DNA from: Camelus dromedarius
Taxonomy: Eukaryota
DNA length: 64,000 bases
NCBI RefSeq assembly: GCF_036321535.1
Contig: NC_087451.1
Location: 46,252,001-46,316,000, forward strand
Direction: 5' to 3'
Part shown: positions 59,867-64,000 of the stretch, in pieces
Numbering within the stretch: position 1 is the stretch's first letter
How the letters are laid out: each line of letters opens with the position of its first letter
Notes under the pieces: model-generated
What the model saw: the letters and a program-made list of their open reading frames with translations, nothing else
What the model was told of the DNA's origin: nothing
Databases searched by the model: none
Position numbers and translations under genes: made by a program

Positions 59867-62678
59867 ATCGCCAGCCCTGCTGCCTGGGGAGGTTCCAGCA
59901 CCCTCTCTGAGGGGGGCAGTCCCTAAGGGAACACACTGATGGCAGTGCTGCCACCCTCACGTTAGAGCCCTGGGTTGGGGTAACATGCAACACAAAGCTC
60001 CCCACCAGGCATAGCCCCCCCTCCAGCCATAAAGCCTCCAGTGGAAAATCAGAGGAGACCCCCATCCGGGGCTACCGTTGCACTGGGGTTTTCCACCTCC
60101 CTGCTCTTTGCACCCCACTCCCCGCTGCTACCCCCCAGCCAACTGCAGCCCACAGAGGCCGCCTCAGCCCTGCACTCCAGGGACACCTGTCTCTCCACTG
60201 GCAGCTGGTTCCCCCCCCCCCTTGCACTAAACAGCCACCTCCCCTCTGGACCTGACCTGAGCTTTAATTTTATATGTGCCAGTGAAAGCCAGAGCAATTT
60301 AATATTTATAGATTCCACAGTGTTCAGTTAGTAATTTGCTCCACTGACATTTTACTTCTCTGTTGGGGGGGATGCTGAGGTACCAGAAATACAGCCCTGG
60401 AGGTTTGTAACCTGTGTGGTGGCTAGGGCATCGGGCGTGCTGTGGTGGGCCTACCTTCAAAAGGAAAAATGAGTCCATTCTGTTCACATCTATGAGAAGA
60501 AGTGGCCTGGAGTGGTAGGGTACAGGGCCAGAGAGAAGCGGGCTCTGGGGACTGCCCCCCCACAGTACACGTCACACACAAATGCACGCAGCCGCAGCCC
60601 ACACTGTTCGGGCGTTCAGAATGTGCCCAGAGCTGTCCAGGCCTCAAGTCGGGTGTTTGAGCCCAAGAGACTCGGAGCATTTCCAGACCCATCTTCACAG
60701 CTGCACGTTAACCCCCAGAGGCCTGGGGCTCCCATCCAGTGGGTCCCCATCCTGGATTGGGCTGGGCTTGAGTCAGCAGCCTGAAGGAAGCCGGAGCCTG
60801 GACAGGCCAGCCAGCTGCAGACGAATGCCTCCCCGGTGCCATAACCCAATCTCAAAGATGTTTTGACCAAGCTTTTTAATCAGTTTCTGAAACTGGGCGA
60901 TTTTGAGCGTTGTGTTAAACCAGGGCAAGCCCGCCGCCATGATTAGTCATAGTAGCAGGCCTGCTTGTAGCCCAGATGTGGGACGCGGAGTCGGTCTGCA
61001 GGACAAGCAGGCATGGAGGGCAGAGAAGCCCACTTCCTGGTCTGGTGCCGCAGTTTCATCAAGTGGCTGCTCACAGGGGCCTTCTTTGTTACCACAGCTG
61101 CGGCCTCTCTCCGGTCCCTGCGGGTGGGGTCCAGGACAGCAGGGCAGGGACACGGAGCCCCCTGCTGGCCGTGGCGGAGTCCCTGGTTGATTCCACTGAG
61201 GAACAGCTCCCCTGGGCCCCAGGTCTCCCCACCTTCCCCATGGCTACGCAGAAGCGAAGTCCCCCTTGTTTTTGGTGCTTTGAGCACCGAAACCATGTCT
61301 GGGAGCCCAAGATGACCAGGCACATGTGACCGGTGATTTGGTACAATAACCAGTCAGACTGCAATCCAGAGAAGCCCATTTCTGGCACACAAGACAGGTG
61401 AAGAGAATCGACAAGCACTGGGCCAGGCTGCCTTCCCATCACCCGAACTCGGGTCAGCTTGCCCATGGAGCCCTAGGTGTGGAGTCCCTCCAGGGATGAA
61501 CCAGAGGGAGAGAGATCTGCTCTGTGCTCCGCATGGCGCCTGGGACCCCACTCACCCCGGGAAGTATGATTATCCTCCTTCTATGGATGGTCGAGTTACC
61601 CACCCAAGCTCGTCCGGCCAGTAAGTGGGACAGGAGCCCTGGTCTGCCTGTTGGAAAAGATGCTGCTCTTTCTACAAGGCCAACCACTGGCAGGCGCTCT
61701 CACAGCCCCTAGGTTGGGGGCTCTCGTCCCCAGGGAGAAGCCAGGCAGGGAGCCCTGCATCTCAACGTCCTGTACCACCCGCTCCCTATTCTCTGAGGCT
61801 GCGGGGAAGGAGGCTGAGATACAATCACCTCTCCCCTTTTCTCCCCCATCATGCATTCCCTGTGCCCTGCTCCCTTGAAGCAGGTTCCCCAAAGCAGAGA
61901 CTTCTAAGGAAAAAATAGGGCAGAGCCTCCAATAGGAAACTTGAAGGGAATGGAACATTTCTAATCGATGCCTTTGTACAAAATAACTTCCACACCAGCA
62001 AGGGGCTGCTCTGAAGGGAATGAAAAAGGAGCAGTTCATCTCTGCTTCCCTTGAACTTGGCGTTTCCCGGCTGGGATGGCAGGGATGGTGAGGATGGTAG
62101 GGGAAGACGTACAGGGAGAATTCTAAGGAAGATCTAGGCAAGTCACTACTTCTCAGGGCCTCGTCCACAGTCACATGGGGTAGTGATAGTTTCCTATCTT
62201 CTTTGGGTGTTGGGTAGAATAAACAAGATGACAAGTCTAAATGCTCTTTAGCAGAGAATCTGGTGTACGTAGGTAATCCATCAACAGGAGCTCTTATTGT
62301 AAATAACTTCATTATTATTATTATTTTTGTCATCCCAAAGTTGATTATTTGGCTTTTAAGAGGGTATAGAAGACTGGGGCCTGGCTCTAGGGAGATAAAC
62401 AGAAACCTCCACACTGGCTGGAGAGAGTGAGCTAAGGAAACAGGGCATGGAGACCCCACCGACACTGCAGGAGGGTCCGGGGACAGGGTGATGTCTGCCA
62501 CATGTGGGGTTGGTATTCTTCTACTTACATGGTCCCCAGCTTAACCTCTGGGCATAAGACACATCCTCTGCGCTCCTAGAGAGGGCTTCAGCCGCAAGCC
62601 CCTGCCCTGGGGAGCTTGGGCAGACCACAGCAGTGCCTCAGAACCCCCTTCCCCATCTCCCTCAAAGCCCAGAGAAGT

Positions 62679-62756
62679 GGGGAGGGTATAGCTCGGTGGT
62701 AAGCACATGCTTAGCATGCATGAGGTCATGGGTTTGATCTCCAGTGCCTCCATTAA

Positions 62757-62821
<65 letters not shown>

Positions 62822-62857
62822 CCTAACTAACCCCCCCAAAAAAATTTTTAAAAAAAT
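62679..62857 (+). mobile_element. Vic-1-type SINE with an internal (AAT)19 expansion
   Basis: Head, AAT array, CCTAACTAA-Cn-An tail; AGAGAAG flanking repeats. Confidence 0.9.
62757..62813 (+). repeat. (AAT)19 microsatellite
   Basis: Perfect trinucleotide run inside a SINE. Confidence 0.95.
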
Positions 62858-63269
62858 CAAACCTAGAGAAGAAAGAACAAGGCCCAAGAAGCTGACTGCA
62901 AACTGTTTCCTCCTGAGAGGAGCCAACTTATGAGTATTTAAAACAGTGCCAAAGCCACATGTGCCAAGACTGTCTCACAGTTGAGTCTGGTTGCTTTTCT
63001 ACTGCCAAGGAAGGAGGACATTTTGAAGGAGGGGGTGGGGGGTGGGTGAGGAGACACTCAAGCTGTCCAGCGCCCTGGGGCAGGGTGCAGACAGGAGCTG
63101 GGCAGGGGCTGTAACCCAACTTTCTTTCTCTGTTCCTCGGTGGCAGTGTGATGGCAAAGACTGCCGGGGGTAGGGAAGAGAACAGAGATCAAAAGCAGAC
63201 CCCAGGACAGGAAGAGTAGGTCCGGGCCCGGGGCAGGGCAGCGTCATCCGTGGTCACAGAAACAAACGG

Positions 63270-63960
63270 TCATGATGAAGACTAGCAAGATGGGAAACGT
63301 CTGTAGCGCATGGTTAAACGTAAAACACAGAATGCGCAGTGCTACGTGTACACTTACAACGATGCAGAAACATGCCTGCAGGCAGAGACCAGAAAAGACT
63401 CAGAAAAGTGAAAACAGTTGTGTTAGGAAGGCAGGAATGTGAGTGAGAGATACGTAGTTGAGTTTTCTTAAACGGTGTCACGGTAGATGCATTCACATAG
63501 AATAAAAATCAAACGAGATCCGCGGGGCAGTAGGGGTGGGGTGACAGATACAAACCACGCCTTGGCCATGTCATCACATCCCTCTTCTCCCCTTTCTGTC
63601 TCCCTCAGACCTTGCCCTTGCAGGGAGAGCTAAGGAAAGGAAGGTGGCAGTGGGTTTGGATGGTGATGCTCAGAGAAAACCAAGGGAGGTCAAAGGGATG
63701 AGTCTAGGTGCCCTTGAACCTGGCCAGCAGGCCCGCGTGCCTGCATCAGGAGACATAAAGAAGATATTTAAAATGGCCACATTCTCGTAGTACAGAAAAA
63801 CCAGAAGCAAACAAGTGTCCACCAACAGCGGACCAGAGAAACAGACTGGTACAACGAAGCCCTTCATGGCACTGAAAAGAAAGGGACCAGATCTAAATAT
63901 TAACATGGACAAACCTCACAAACGTCGTATTTAGAGAGAAAAGCACGTTGTAGAACGACA
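63270..63960 (+). mobile_element. L1 remnants (two fragments)
   Basis: ...CAAGTGTCCACCAACAGCGGAC...GGTACAACGAAG...AACATGGACAAACCTCACAAAC...; L1M-like. Confidence 0.5.
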
Positions 63961-64000
63961 TTATGGCACGTCAGCACTTCAGCTTGCTTCTAAAAACACA

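Noticed and set aside
25634-62753. Recurrent short ORFs beginning [10 protein letters not shown].../MVEHV...
   Set aside because: Translations of SINE copies
15058-62857. tRNA-Ala(AGC) genes suggested by GGTAGAGC...TTAGCATGCA...GGTTCAATCCCC motifs
   Set aside because: All carry SINE tails and/or TSDs and have broken acceptor stems or A/B boxes; they are Vic-1-type SINEs
59326-64000. Next upstream NXN exon (expected ...MPWLAVPY...RLYGIQ)
   Set aside because: Not found in any frame; it must lie beyond the window end

Overview
Mammalian genomic DNA, most likely a camelid (Camelus/Lama/Vicugna). This is inferred from about 12 copies of a tRNA-Ala(AGC)-derived Vic-1-type SINE and from no recognisable Alu, B1, Bov-A/Bov-tA or PRE-1 elements. 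The window is the block syntenic to human 17p13.3 and holds six genes in alternating orientation. TLCD3A/FAM57A: +, 5 exons, 258 aa. GEMIN4: -, 2 exons, 1059 aa. DBIL5/ELP: +, intact and intronless, 87 aa. GLOD4: -, 9 exons, 298 aa. MRM3/RNMTL1: +, 4 exons, 423 aa. NXN: -, only its last three coding exons; the rest lies beyond base 64000. I placed all exon boundaries by hand from splice signals and reading frame. There are three CpG islands, two of them bidirectional promoters (GEMIN4/DBIL5 and GLOD4/MRM3), two ERV-type solo LTRs, a MER2/Tigger-type MITE and many old MIR/L2/L1 fragments. There is no CRISPR array, rRNA or convincing functional tRNA. I found no demonstrably new biological system. 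The best leads are: (1) a GC-AG intron in TLCD3A with a competing GT donor 4 nt downstream that would open a second 79-codon frame in the last exon; (2) the intact DBIL5 gene sharing the GEMIN4 island, with a strong CTCF/BORIS-type motif between them; (3) a structurally complete ERV1-type solo LTR beside DBIL5; (4) an in-frame upstream ATG for MRM3 overlapping the GLOD4 start codon; (5) closely spaced inverted SINE pairs in introns; (6) an unexplained stop-free frame of about 314 codons in an NXN intron. Gene identities rest on my recognition of the translated sequences; no database search was run.
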